From: Planctomycetota bacterium
GTDB lineage: Bacteria > Planctomycetota > PLA2 > JAEUHO01
Direction: 5' to 3'
Assembly: GCA_030066775.1 (NCBI GenBank)
Contig: JASJAY010000001.1
Location: 4,612 to 68,611, forward strand
DNA length: 64,000 nucleotides
Shown: piece after piece, positions 21,552-33,031 of the stretch
Position numbering within the stretch: the stretch's first letter is position 1
Layout of the letters: the number at the start of each line of letters is the position of its first letter
Made by a program: the position numbers and the translations under genes
Notes under the pieces: generated by a model
The model's database searches: none
Told to the model about the DNA's origin: nothing
What the model saw: the letters and a program-made list of their open reading frames with translations, nothing else

Positions 21552-21778
21552 CCCGCTACTTGTCCGCACGCGCGACGGCGAGTCTGCTTCTGCGCGCAGG
21601 ATCCCGCAACGATGCAGTGCGTTACGATGGTCCCGCCTTGCCACGAATCGGTATGCTCCAGATGCCTGGGCATCTGGATCGGTTGTGCGTGTCGCAGGGT
21701 GGCTGCACGTCGGGTGCAGAGCGATCCCCGTCGTGGTGCACTGGCACGCGACTCGGTGCTCAGGACGGGAGGTTCGGC

Positions 21779-22336
21779 ATGACCCATCGGTTCCCCTGCC
21801 CCGTAGCCACGATCTTCTCGCGACGCGTGCGTCCCGGCTTCGAGGCGCGCTACGAGGAGTGGATGTCGGGCATCGTCGGAGCCACCAACGCGTTCCCTGG
21901 AAGCCAGGGCACGACCGTGCTGCGCCCATCTGCCAGTCGCCCGGAGTACCTCGCGATCGTCCAGTTCGACGCCCCGCGCAACCTCGAGCGCTGGATGGAG
22001 TCAGAGGATCGCGCGGCATGGCTGGGGAAGCTCGAGGACATCACGCTCGAGTCGGAGGAGATCTCCTCGATGACCGGCATGGAGCGCTGGTTCACGCTGC
22101 CGGACCGCGCCGTCTCGCAAGCGCCGCCGAAGCACAAGATGGCCGTGGTGATCTTCCTGGGCATCTATCCGTTGATCATGCTCATCGGGGCGCTGCTGCA
22201 GCCGATCGTCGGGCACTGGCCCGTGGCGCCGCGCATCCTCGCGTCGCTGGTGATCACGATTCCGCTCATGACGTGGATCGTGATGCCGTTGCTCACGCGC
22301 CTGTTCTTCGGCTGGCTCTATCCGGAGCCCACCTAG
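21779..22336 (+). CDS. ABM-like (antibiotic-biosynthesis-monooxygenase fold) domain fused to a C-terminal triple-TM segment
   Basis: ATG 21779 is preceded by GGACGGGAGG. N-terminal ~100 aa have an ABM/Dabb-like pattern. The C-terminus VVIFLGIYPLIMLIGALLQPIVGHWPVAPRILASLVITIPLMTWIVMPLL is hydrophobic. Start is internal to ORF 21560..22336. Confidence 0.5.
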   Translation: MTHRFPCPVATIFSRRVRPGFEARYEEWMSGIVGATNAFPGSQGTTVLRPSASRPEYLAIVQFDAPRNLERWMESEDRAAWLGKLEDITLESEEISSMTGMERWFTLPDRAVSQAPPKHKMAVVIFLGIYPLIMLIGALLQPIVGHWPVAPRILASLVITIPLMTWIVMPLLTRLFFGWLYPEPT

Positions 22337-22345
22337 GCCCGGGCT

Positions 22346-23263
22346 TCAGGCGAACGCACCCGCCATGGCGCGCAGACCGGAGAGCGCATCCGCCCAGAGA
22401 CGCCCCGCGTGCGCGGAGCCGGGGTCCAGGCTCTCGATCTCGTCCAGCCACCGCACGCCTTCGTAGACAACGCGTAGGAACAGGACGGCGTCGAACGAAC
22501 GCCGCAGCGTGTCGCGATCGGTGACGCCCCCGAACGCGGAGAGGTACGCGTCGATGACGGCCGCCTTGCGTACAGCGTCGGTCCAGCACGAGTCGAGCAA
22601 TCGGTCACACGCGAAGAAGGGATGGCCGACGACGACGTCGCTCCAATCGAGCAGCGTCGGGCCGCTGTCGGACACCAGGACGTTCTCCGGAACGATGTCG
22701 CGATGCACGAGCGTGTCGGGCACCGGATCGGCCGTAAGCGTTGCGCACGCCTCCTCGATCCGCGGTGTGAGGGACCGAAGCGCATCGCACACGTCCCGTT
22801 CGAGTTCACGAAATGCGGCTGTGAACAGACCCTGGATCGCCGTGAAGAGGTGGTCCCCGGAGAGATCGCGGCAGCGGAGCATGCGCCACTCCTCCGTGTG
22901 CGGTGTCTCCGACACCTGGAGCTCGCCGAGTCGGCGCACGGCAGTGCACCAGAGCTCCGTGGGATCCTCCACGCGCAGGGGGCGCCCGGCGTCGCGCGTA
23001 AGGCTCCAGCCGTGTGCTTCGTCGAGGGCAACTACGACGGCGATGTCCGCGGAGCGCCGCTCCGCAAGGCGGCGGAGGACCGAAGCCTCCGAGGGGCCGT
23101 GACTCTGGTCCTCCTTGAAGTACCAGCGAGCGTCGCCGTCTTCGAGGCAGGCAAGCCAGGACCGCGGGGCGGCGCCGGCGCGGGTCACGTGTACGGCGGC
23201 CGGCGCGAGTGCGGCTCGCACCCACGCCTCCGCGCCTTCCGGCCAGTCGGTCGTCGTGCTCAC
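22346..23263 (-). CDS. Aminoglycoside-phosphotransferase (APH)-family small-molecule kinase
   Basis: Brenner motif HRDIVPENVLV and LLDWSDVVVGHPFFA (DxxxxN / DWE-type). GTG at 23263 with GAGGGG upstream was chosen to avoid a 58 nt overlap with the next gene; the ORF is open up to 23380. Confidence 0.6.
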   Translation of the reverse strand: MSTTTDWPEGAEAWVRAALAPAAVHVTRAGAAPRSWLACLEDGDARWYFKEDQSHGPSEASVLRRLAERRSADIAVVVALDEAHGWSLTRDAGRPLRVEDPTELWCTAVRRLGELQVSETPHTEEWRMLRCRDLSGDHLFTAIQGLFTAAFRELERDVCDALRSLTPRIEEACATLTADPVPDTLVHRDIVPENVLVSDSGPTLLDWSDVVVGHPFFACDRLLDSCWTDAVRKAAVIDAYLSAFGGVTDRDTLRRSFDAVLFLRVVYEGVRWLDEIESLDPGSAHAGRLWADALSGLRAMAGAFA

Positions 23264-23322
23264 GTTCCGCCCCTCGGTCGTCCAACCCGTCGATGATTGC
23301 ACGGCGGGGGCCGCATGGCTCC

Positions 23323-23814
23323 TCACGACCGTGACAGCGGGACCACCTCGCAGTTCTCGAAGGCGAGATGGCCGGGCCACCGGAGGCGGAGCCTCCCGTT
23401 CATGATGCCCGTCGTCCGCATGCCCTCGATGACGCTCAGGTCGGGCGGCACCACCTCACGCACCGTCCTGGTGGCCGACTCGCAGCCGAGTACGACCACG
23501 GCGTCGTGGTTCTTCGCCCGCTTCTGGAGCTTCCTGCGCCGGCGCGCGGTCCACATGCACATGAACCACGTGTGGGGGAGGCGGTTGCGGAAGATGTCGG
23601 TGCGCACACCCTCCTTGGCGAGGCGGTCTTGCAGCGTCTTCAGGTACGCCTCGAATGGTGCGGACTTGACCCAGCTCCTGAAGAACCGCAGGAACGGCCG
23701 CTTCTCTCGTATGGCCACCGTGACGGCCGGGCACAGGTTGCACGGAACGATGAGAGCGGAACGGATGCCTGAGAGCGTCGCAGTGACATCCAGGTCTTCG
23801 AAGTGAACGGGCAT
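23323..23814 (-). CDS. Hypothetical Cys-containing protein
   Basis: 163 aa with balanced composition (the overlapping plus-strand ORFs are Arg-rich). Cys residues in CNLCP and VLGCES contexts. No confident family assignment. Confidence 0.4.
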   Translation of the reverse strand: MPVHFEDLDVTATLSGIRSALIVPCNLCPAVTVAIREKRPFLRFFRSWVKSAPFEAYLKTLQDRLAKEGVRTDIFRNRLPHTWFMCMWTARRRRKLQKRAKNHDAVVVLGCESATRTVREVVPPDLSVIEGMRTTGIMNGRLRLRWPGHLAFENCEVVPLSRS

Positions 23815-24071
23815 GGGTCCATCCCCTTTCGGTCGGTCAGCGCTCGGTCCCCCCTGGGCTCAACGTGTCGGGGCGCCGATGCACGGGCACTGGGATGGGT
23901 ACCAGCGATTTTCGCGCCGCACGGATCGAGCCGCCGACGCGCAGTCCGCCCCAGCGGGATGGCCGCCGGGCTGTCGGGTCGGAGTGGGAATCCCCACCGT
24001 CGTGGGTGCTCCTCCCCAACGCGCGCGGCGGGTGTCAGCACCGGTACGCCTTCGGCGGCGATGCGTCGGGC

Positions 24072-24614
24072 TTACGGGCGACGCTCTTCGATGACGCGAC
24101 CGGGGCTACGGAAGGCCGCGGCGCCCTCGGTTCCTCTGCGGCCGAACATCACGGCTTCGATCACTGGGGCCGAGACGGCATTGCCCGATCCCCATTCGAC
24201 GATGACGTTGGCGCCGAGACCACCGGTCATGTCCTTCTGCGAAACGATGACGGTCGTCGTATCCAGGGGCCCGAGTGCACGCGCGTCCTGCAAGTACTCG
24301 CGGAGGAACTTGCCGTCGTTGTCGTAGTACCGCGCGGACGTGATGGTGATCGACTGCTTCGGGTCCGTGTTGCGGATGCTCACATTGACGGCGAACGCGT
24401 ACCGCTTCTTGCCCTTGCCCTTGCCGAACCCGAACTCCGAGTAGACGGGGACGTAGACGACCTGGCCATAGGCCAGGTCACTCGGCGTCAGCGAATCCCG
24501 GGAGACCGGCGAGCCGCCGTACACGGCCGCGGACGCCGACGGGAGCGCCGAGTCACCGCATCCGGTGAGCACGAGTGCTAGCGCGAGCACGACGAGTCGA
24601 TCGATCCTGGTCAT
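24072..24614 (-). CDS. Small lipoprotein (DUF3124-like?)
   Basis: MTRIDRLVVLALALVLTGCGD (lipobox). 180 aa, beta-rich with a KGKGKK patch. Confidence 0.5.
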   Translation of the reverse strand: MTRIDRLVVLALALVLTGCGDSALPSASAAVYGGSPVSRDSLTPSDLAYGQVVYVPVYSEFGFGKGKGKKRYAFAVNVSIRNTDPKQSITITSARYYDNDGKFLREYLQDARALGPLDTTTVIVSQKDMTGGLGANVIVEWGSGNAVSAPVIEAVMFGRRGTEGAAAFRSPGRVIEERRP

Positions 24615-24782
24615 GCGGACCTCCCAGATCAGGGCGTACCGTCATGGCGGACGGCCCGCCGTGGGCCAACGCTACCACCACGGCCTCGCTGACCGGAGGG
24701 GGCCCCGGGGATCGAAGGGCTTTCTGGCGGGCGACGCACAGCCCGGGCGCTCGCTCGAGCCCCTGCGCGTAGACTCCGTGCC

Positions 24783-25337
24783 ATGTCCCGCGTGCGCGTG
24801 TATCTCGCCAGCTCCGTCGACGGCTACATCGCCGGGCCCGGCCACAGCATCGATTGGCTGAACGAGGACCATGGCACGCCGTCGAGCCCGCCGGCGGCCG
24901 AGGGCGTGCTCGGCTTCCATGACTTCATGGCGCAGGTGGGTTGCATGCTCATGGGACGCCACACGTACGACCTGCTCGTGCGACTCGATGCGGACTGGCA
25001 CTACGGCGACACGCCCGTGCACGTCACCACGCGGCGACCTCTCGAGCGGGTGCTCGCCGACACCGTGCGGCCGGTCGCGGGCGACATCGAAACGCTGGTC
25101 GCCGATGCCAAGGAGATCGCCGGCTCTCGCGACGTCTACCTCGATGGGGGTGACCTCGTTCGTCAGGGGCTGGATGCAGGGCTCGTCGACGAGCTGACGA
25201 TCACCTGGATCCCCGTGCTGCTGGGCGCAGGCGTTCCGCTCTTCCAGGGACTCCAGAACCGATTCGACCTCGCCTTCACGGCCCACCACGACCATGGCAA
25301 CGGCCTCTTGCAGGTGACGATGCAGAGGCGGGGCTGA
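24783..25337 (+). CDS. Dihydrofolate-reductase-like protein (RibD C-terminal domain family)
   Basis: N-terminal VRVYLASSVDGYIAGPG...IDWL and internal DVYLDGGDLVRQGLDAGLVDELTITWIPVLLGAG match the YwjB/RibD_C reductase pattern. Confidence 0.75.
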   Translation: MSRVRVYLASSVDGYIAGPGHSIDWLNEDHGTPSSPPAAEGVLGFHDFMAQVGCMLMGRHTYDLLVRLDADWHYGDTPVHVTTRRPLERVLADTVRPVAGDIETLVADAKEIAGSRDVYLDGGDLVRQGLDAGLVDELTITWIPVLLGAGVPLFQGLQNRFDLAFTAHHDHGNGLLQVTMQRRG

Positions 25338-25348
25338 CAAGCGCGGCG

Positions 25349-25810
25349 CTAGGCCTCGACATAGGCGGCGATGTTGCCGGCCTGGATGTCCCAGCCCTCC
25401 ATGTTCGCGCGCAGCACCTCGTGTCGCTTCGAATCGGGAAACTGCAGGAAGCCCGACTCCGTGATGGTGAGCCGTGTGCCACGCTCGGTCGGCTCGAGCC
25501 GGAACGCCGTGATGATCTTCGCGTCGCTGTCGTATGCCGTGTCCGGGTCCACGGCACTCGGGGGCCAGGAGAAGGCGAACAGGCGCTCGGGCTCCATCCG
25601 TTCGGTCACCGAGATCCACTGCATGTCCTCGTGGCCCGGGTACGTGATGTGCCCGGTGGTCGTCGCGCCGACCTCGAACGGGTTGTCGAGGTGGACGCGA
25701 AACCACTGCCCGAACGCCTCGTGGTCCGTGAGGGCCCGCCAGACCCGCGCGACCGGTGCGGCGAGCTCGACGACCTTCTCGATCCGGTCCGGGTCTTCGT
25801 GTGTGCTCAC
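25349..25810 (-). CDS. AHSA1/SRPBCC-fold protein (Aha1-like)
   Basis: IEKVVELAAPVARVWRALTDHEAFGQWF... is typical of the AHSA1 domain. The GTG start at 25810 is preceded by GGAGG and is internal to ORF 25349..26056. Confidence 0.7.
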   Translation of the reverse strand: MSTHEDPDRIEKVVELAAPVARVWRALTDHEAFGQWFRVHLDNPFEVGATTTGHITYPGHEDMQWISVTERMEPERLFAFSWPPSAVDPDTAYDSDAKIITAFRLEPTERGTRLTITESGFLQFPDSKRHEVLRANMEGWDIQAGNIAAYVEA

Positions 25811-25946
25811 CTCGCAGCCTCCTGATGGCAACCACCCTAGACGTCGTCCTCGTGAAATGCAGCCGCTCGGTTGCATTCCGTGCGTGTGTTCGAGGAGGTA
25901 CCCTGGGGGGGCTCCTTTGGGCCCGCCTCGTCGCCGGAGGTCCGAC

Positions 25947-26999
25947 ATGAACAAGCTCACCACCAGCCTCGTGGCACTCGCGCTCGTGGCCCTGGTGCAC
26001 GTCCCCTCCGCGGCGGACGAGTCCAAGCAGCCCGAGCGGGAGGGCGCATCGGCCAAGGAAGAGAAGGCGAAGCCGGCGTGGCCCGATCACGTTGCCGCCC
26101 TGGGCTTGCGCTGCGCGTACTACAAGAACGGCCGGATCCACGTGAACGTGCTCGGCACGCCGGAAGGCGAGCCGATCACCAAGCCACCCGAGAAGGAGTG
26201 GCAGGACTTCAAGCCCTCGTGGTCGAAGACGGGCGACATGCTGATCTTCTTCCGTCGCGTGAAGAACGACCCTGTCGTGACCAAGTGGAAGACCGCGATC
26301 TGCGTCATCAAGACCGACGGGACGGGCTTCCATCAGCTGAGCGACGGCACTCACACGGACTTCAACCAGACGTGGACGCGCGACGGCACGAACACGCCCG
26401 TCTGGAACCGGCACAACGACACGGAGACGGGCTTCATCGTCATGGCCAGCAAGGTGGGCAACAAGCCGGGCCAGGAGGTCGCCCTCACCGACGCGGCGTA
26501 CCACAACTGGGTCTACACGTGCCTGAAGGACGGCCGCATGCTGGTCATGTCCGTGCATCCGTCACAGGGCTGGGGGTACTTCCTGATGACGCCCAAGGTC
26601 GGCGGTGGGGGCCGTTACGAACGCATCGACTGTGCCGGGATGGACAAGCTGGGCTTCCTGGATCGGATCAGCCTCTCGCCGAGCGAGGACAAGGTCTGCT
26701 TCGAGCACCAGCTCGGGCACAAGCACAACCCGATGAACCGCGCGCTGTTCGTCGCGGACTTCGACGTGAAGACGCGCAAGATGACGAACATCAAGGCGTT
26801 CGCGAACGAGCACCGCAAGCCCGGCTGGTTCGCCTATCCGCGTTGGACCAAGGGCGCACAGCGAATCGTGTATCACGCCCACGAGAAGGGCGGAACCTCA
26901 CTGCGCCTGTACACGCTCAGTGACGGAACGACGGTCAAGGCCTCCGTCGACCCCAAGGCGGACTATCGGTATCCCCACGGTGAGGGGATGCCCAAGTAG
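25947..26999 (+). CDS. Secreted hypothetical protein (beta-rich, possibly propeller-like)
   Basis: ATG 25947 is preceded by GGAGG. Signal peptide MNKLTTSLVALALVALVHVPSAA. 350 aa. Start is internal to ORF 25371..26999. Confidence 0.55.
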   Translation: MNKLTTSLVALALVALVHVPSAADESKQPEREGASAKEEKAKPAWPDHVAALGLRCAYYKNGRIHVNVLGTPEGEPITKPPEKEWQDFKPSWSKTGDMLIFFRRVKNDPVVTKWKTAICVIKTDGTGFHQLSDGTHTDFNQTWTRDGTNTPVWNRHNDTETGFIVMASKVGNKPGQEVALTDAAYHNWVYTCLKDGRMLVMSVHPSQGWGYFLMTPKVGGGGRYERIDCAGMDKLGFLDRISLSPSEDKVCFEHQLGHKHNPMNRALFVADFDVKTRKMTNIKAFANEHRKPGWFAYPRWTKGAQRIVYHAHEKGGTSLRLYTLSDGTTVKASVDPKADYRYPHGEGMPK

Positions 27000-27023
27000 G
27001 CGCTTGGCAACACGCGATGCGAT

Positions 27024-27389
27024 CTACGGGTGCCAGTAGAAGCGCTCGTTGACGATCTTGTTGTCCTTCCAGACGGCGCGCGCGATCTGCGCCGTGAACA
27101 CTTCCTTCCCCTCGGTGGTTACGTAGTGGAACGTGCACTCCTGGAAGGTCGTGTTGCCGCCCACGCCGAGGGACTGGACCTCGTAGCCCTTGAACTCCTT
27201 GACCATCGCGAGCCAGTTCTTCTCGCGCTCGATGTTGGCTTCGAGGCCGACGCAGGGCGTCTCGAGGTTCTCCTGCATCTCGACCGAGTCGTCGTAGAAC
27301 TCGTACATCGCCTCGATGATCTTGCCCTCGCGGATCCACTGGCAGAGGTCCTCGAGCCGCTTCATCAGCTGCTGTTCCTGATCCGTCAT
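27024..27389 (-). CDS. NTF2-like / SnoaL-like small protein
   Basis: 121 aa (MTDQEQQLMKRLEDLCQWIREGKIIEAMYEFYDDSVEMQEN...), an alpha+beta cone-fold pattern. AAGGA lies upstream of the ATG. Confidence 0.55.
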   Translation of the reverse strand: MTDQEQQLMKRLEDLCQWIREGKIIEAMYEFYDDSVEMQENLETPCVGLEANIEREKNWLAMVKEFKGYEVQSLGVGGNTTFQECTFHYVTTEGKEVFTAQIARAVWKDNKIVNERFYWHP

Positions 27390-27561
27390 GGGTCGTCCTT
27401 TCTGGTGCGCCCTGGCTGCCGCCGCGAAGGGGAGGCAGGAGGCAACCCGCATCGGCGGTGGTGCTGGAGGGCGGAGGGTACGAGGGGACGTAGCGCGCCC
27501 TTGGCGTTGTCGGACTGCGTGACCAGGTCCAATGGCCTCCCCGAGCGGAGGATCCGCGACG

Positions 27562-27978
27562 CTAGAACAGGTGCTCGCCGTCTCGAGCGGCAGCTTGCCG
27601 GACCCAGTCGACGAACTGCTCTTCGTCGATCGCGTCATCCTCGTGGATGTGGAAGTACCTCACCTCCGCGTGCTTGGAGGCAACGGGAGGAAGCGGGCGA
27701 AGCGCTCCGCCGTTCAGGAAGGACACCTTGATGTACTTGGTGAGGCAGTTGAATCCCAGGAACCAGCCTCGTCCCTCGACCCCGTAGAAAGGGGTGTTCC
27801 AGCGCACGGCCTTCATGACTTCGGGCACGGTGTTCACGACGAGCGCGTCGAGGCGGCGGCCGACGGCGCGCTTCCAGCCCGGCATGGCGGCGATGTAGGC
27901 CTGCACGGGCACGTCGCCGTCAGCCTTCGCGATCTGCGGGTTGCCGCCCGACAGGAGCTTCGTCTTCTTCGCCGCCAT
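27562..27978 (-). CDS. DUF1801 (YdhG-like) domain protein
   Basis: N-terminus MAAKKTKLLSGGNPQIAKADGD and overall 138 aa match the DUF1801 pattern. Confidence 0.7.
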   Translation of the reverse strand: MAAKKTKLLSGGNPQIAKADGDVPVQAYIAAMPGWKRAVGRRLDALVVNTVPEVMKAVRWNTPFYGVEGRGWFLGFNCLTKYIKVSFLNGGALRPLPPVASKHAEVRYFHIHEDDAIDEEQFVDWVRQAAARDGEHLF

Positions 27979-28012
27979 GCGACGGAGTGTACGTCCGCGA
28001 CGCGATGGGCGT

Positions 28013-28732
28013 CTAGCGACCCGGCCCGCGCGGGGGGCCGCCGCCTGGCGGCCCGGCGGTGGCCTCGGTGATCGCCTGCGCGTCCGTCGCGGACATGAAG
28101 CTCGAGAGCGTCTCGGTGAAGGTGGCGCTGACCTTGGCGATCTGCTCGCCGACCTCCTCGCGACTCAAGCCCGCCTCACGGCCGGAGCGCAGGATCTTGC
28201 GCGTCTCCTGCATGCGAACGGCCATGGCGTCCTCGAGCTTCTTGCGCTGCTCGTCATCGAGTTCGACGCCCAGCTCACCCAGCGTGCGGTCGAGGCGGCC
28301 GCTCATGCGGTTGCGCATGCGGGCGCCCATGGCGTCCTCGACGAGCCGGTCGACGCGCTTTTTCAGGGCGTCACCGGCCTCGCCCTCGGCGTCGGCCACG
28401 AGGTCACTGGCAAGGCCGCCGGCCCCCTTGGCATCCGTGTCGGGCGTCGTGGGGTCGTCGGCTCCGGGCGCCTTCCGCCGCTGCTCGAGTGCGTCCAGGC
28501 GGGACTCGATGTCGCGCACCCGCTGCCACAGATCCGAGCTGTCGAGCGAGCCTTGAAGCGGGGGCTCGCGATCCTCGAGCGCTGCGACGCGCCGCGCCAG
28601 ATCACCGTCGTCGTCCGCGACTGGCGTCACGAGCGGAGCGGGCTCGCTGTCACTGGCGACGAGGACGTGATAGATGCCCAGCCCGCCCGCCATGAGACCG
28701 ACGAGGAGCAGGACCTGCATGCTGTTGCCCAT
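28013..28732 (-). CDS. Membrane-anchored coiled-coil/acidic hypothetical protein
   Basis: N-terminal TM segment (MQVLLLVGLMAGGLGIYHVLV), then Asp/Glu/Arg-rich helical sequence. Confidence 0.45.
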   Translation of the reverse strand: MGNSMQVLLLVGLMAGGLGIYHVLVASDSEPAPLVTPVADDDGDLARRVAALEDREPPLQGSLDSSDLWQRVRDIESRLDALEQRRKAPGADDPTTPDTDAKGAGGLASDLVADAEGEAGDALKKRVDRLVEDAMGARMRNRMSGRLDRTLGELGVELDDEQRKKLEDAMAVRMQETRKILRSGREAGLSREEVGEQIAKVSATFTETLSSFMSATDAQAITEATAGPPGGGPPRGPGR

Positions 28733-28847
28733 GGGATCTCCCGTACTCAGGTATGGGAGATTGAACCCGGTGCGGCGCGGTGGGGTCGCCCCGGGCGATG
28801 AGTTCCCCGCTCATCTGCGCGGGCCCGACCGAACCCCACCGCCCCAA

Positions 28848-30961
<2,114 letters not shown>

Positions 30962-30965
<4 letters not shown>

Positions 30966-31873
30966 GGCGCTCCGCCCAGGAGGCCTTGCGCCCGCGCCGC
31001 GCGCTCGACATAGCTCCAGTCCTCGGCCTTGGCCGGGAGATAGGTGGTGCAGCGGTTCGCGCGCAGGATCGCCGCGTGCTCCGGATTCCCCATGCTGAGC
31101 TCGAGGAATGCGTTGGTGAGACGCATGATGACGTGACGCGGCATCGTGCGCTGGACGGTCCACACGTAGTCGGCGTAGGGGGGCGTCTCGGCGAGCACGG
31201 TGACGTGCTGCGCGGACAGCTCGCCGGAGTCGAACTTCGCCTGCACGATCTGGGCGTTCGCGACGCCGATGTCGACGCGCCCGCTCTTGACCCACTCGAT
31301 CGTGTTGTCGTGTGTGCCCGAGAACTCCACGGAAGCGAAGAAGGCCTCCGGCACGATCTTGTCGTCCTCTTCGAGGAAGAAGAGCGGCATGATGTAGCCC
31401 GACGTCGAGAGCTCGTCGTTGAAGGCAATGCGCTTGCCCTCGTAGTCGGTCACGGATGCGCCCGCGCCCTCCGTGCGGACGATGTACGCACTCGTGAATC
31501 GCGCGTCCGTGTCCCGTGTGACGAGCGGCTCGGCCCCGGCGCGTTCGCGGGCCTGGACGAAGGTGGCGCCGCCCAACCAGGCCATGTCGATCTCGCCGCT
31601 GACGAAGCGATCCAGGATGTCGGTGTAGTTCTTCCCGGTCACCAGGTCGAACTTCAGGTCCGTCGACGCCTCGAGGTGTGCGAGGAGCGCGCCGTAGCGT
31701 TTCGCCAGCGCATCCTGGTCCTGGTCGGGGAGCACGCCCACCCGGAGTACGCCGGTCGGCTCGCGCTCGATCGCCCCCTCGCGCAGCTGCCACAGCTCGA
31801 AGCCGGAGATCCCCAGGCCCACGAGGGCGAGGAGGACCAGCAGGCGAATACCGCGCGGCATCGAGGCGATCAC
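30962..31873 (-). CDS. PhnD/SsuA-like periplasmic substrate-binding protein
   Basis: Signal/TM segment at the N-terminus. 303 aa with the PhnD-type pattern (VGVLPDQDQDALAKRYGALLAHLE...). Translationally coupled to the hybrid kinase. Confidence 0.65.
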
Positions 31874-32009
31874 GCCATGCTTCCTCCCGAACTCCCACTT
31901 GATCTTCGCCGGGAGCGCACGAGGCGCAAGGAGCGATCGGCGATCGAGCGCCGGCGTACAAGGACCCCCGCGAGGTGGTAGAAATCACGCAACCGAAGGG
32001 AGCGAGACG

Positions 32010-32528
32010 ATGAACTGGACCGCGCTGCTCAAGAGCGAGTTGGAGGAGACCTTCCGCGCGACCGAGGGGCTGATGGACCTCGTCGACGAGGACAAGCTCG
32101 ATTGGGTGCCCGAGACGGGCGAGAACTGGATGCCGACACGCCAACTGCTGCGCCACCTGACGAACGCGTGCGGCTGGTGCGCCGAGAACTTCGTCGAGGA
32201 TCGCTGGGCCGCGATCATGGCAGGCGACGGCAGCGACGCGCCGCCCTCGGACGTGCAGAGCGTGGCCGAGGCAAAGGCAGAGCTCGCGAAGGACAAGGCG
32301 CGCGCGCTCGCGACCGTCGAGAAGGCGGGGGAAGAGGCGCTCGCCTCGAAGATGCTCGCCGCGCCCTGGGATCCCACCGAGCGGCCCCTCGGGCAGCACG
32401 TGCTCCAGATGATCGGGCATCTGAACACGCACAAGGCGCAGCTCTTCTACTACCTCAAGCTGCAGGGCAAGCCCGTCAACACCTTCACGATGTGGGGCAT
32501 CCCGGAGCCGCAGGCGGACGCGACGTAG
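32010..32528 (+). CDS. DinB/YfiT-family four-helix-bundle protein
   Basis: 172 aa with His-containing DinB_2 pattern (LLRHLTNACGW...HVLQMIGHLNTHKAQL). Start is internal to ORF 31899..32528. Confidence 0.65.
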   Translation: MNWTALLKSELEETFRATEGLMDLVDEDKLDWVPETGENWMPTRQLLRHLTNACGWCAENFVEDRWAAIMAGDGSDAPPSDVQSVAEAKAELAKDKARALATVEKAGEEALASKMLAAPWDPTERPLGQHVLQMIGHLNTHKAQLFYYLKLQGKPVNTFTMWGIPEPQADAT

Positions 32529-32554
32529 CGCGTCCTGCGGGTTCGGAGGGGCCG

Positions 32555-33016
32555 ATGATCGACGCGATCCTCGAGACGCTACGAACGAACAACCGGATCA
32601 ACCTGATGCTCTTCGATGCGATCGACGACGAGGGCATGCAGTGCACGCTGTCGAAGCGCGGTGGGCGCAACGTCTTGCGCCAGTTCGCGCACATGCACGA
32701 TGTGCGCCGCATGCAGCTCGATTCGCGCGGACGGAAGCTGGGCATCGAGCTGCGGAAGTTCCCCGCCAAGGAGCCCATCGTGCGCAAGGACGTGCGCGAT
32801 GCCCTGGAGGCCTCGCAGCAAGCGCTCGAGCAGTTCTTCCGCGCGATGGAGACAGGCGAGGCGCGCTGCTTCAAGAAGGGGCCGGTGACCTACCTGGCCT
32901 ACTTCGTGGCGCATGACGCCCACCACCGCGGCAACATCCTGCTGACGTTGAAGGAACACGGCCGGGCCGTGCACAAGGACCTGCGCTACGGCATCTGGGA
33001 TTGGGATCGCCGCTAA
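32555..33016 (+). CDS. DinB-family protein (second, divergent copy)
   Basis: 153 aa (LRQFAHMHDVRRMQL...YFVAHDAHHRGNILL). GGAGGG lies upstream of the ATG. Confidence 0.6.
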   Translation: MIDAILETLRTNNRINLMLFDAIDDEGMQCTLSKRGGRNVLRQFAHMHDVRRMQLDSRGRKLGIELRKFPAKEPIVRKDVRDALEASQQALEQFFRAMETGEARCFKKGPVTYLAYFVAHDAHHRGNILLTLKEHGRAVHKDLRYGIWDWDRR

Positions 33017-33031
33017 GCCCGGCGGTGCGCG

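Noticed and set aside
20901-22524. Long ORFs 20901..22019(-) and 21466..22524(+)
   Set aside because: Both are Arg-rich with no motifs and overlap the GNAT and ABM genes, which have RBSs and recognisable folds.
23264-23380. Upstream extension of the APH-family kinase to 23380
   Set aside because: It would overlap the downstream Cys-protein gene by 58 nt on the same strand. An in-frame GTG with a GAGGGG RBS at 23263 gives a conventional N-terminus. Kept as an alternative.
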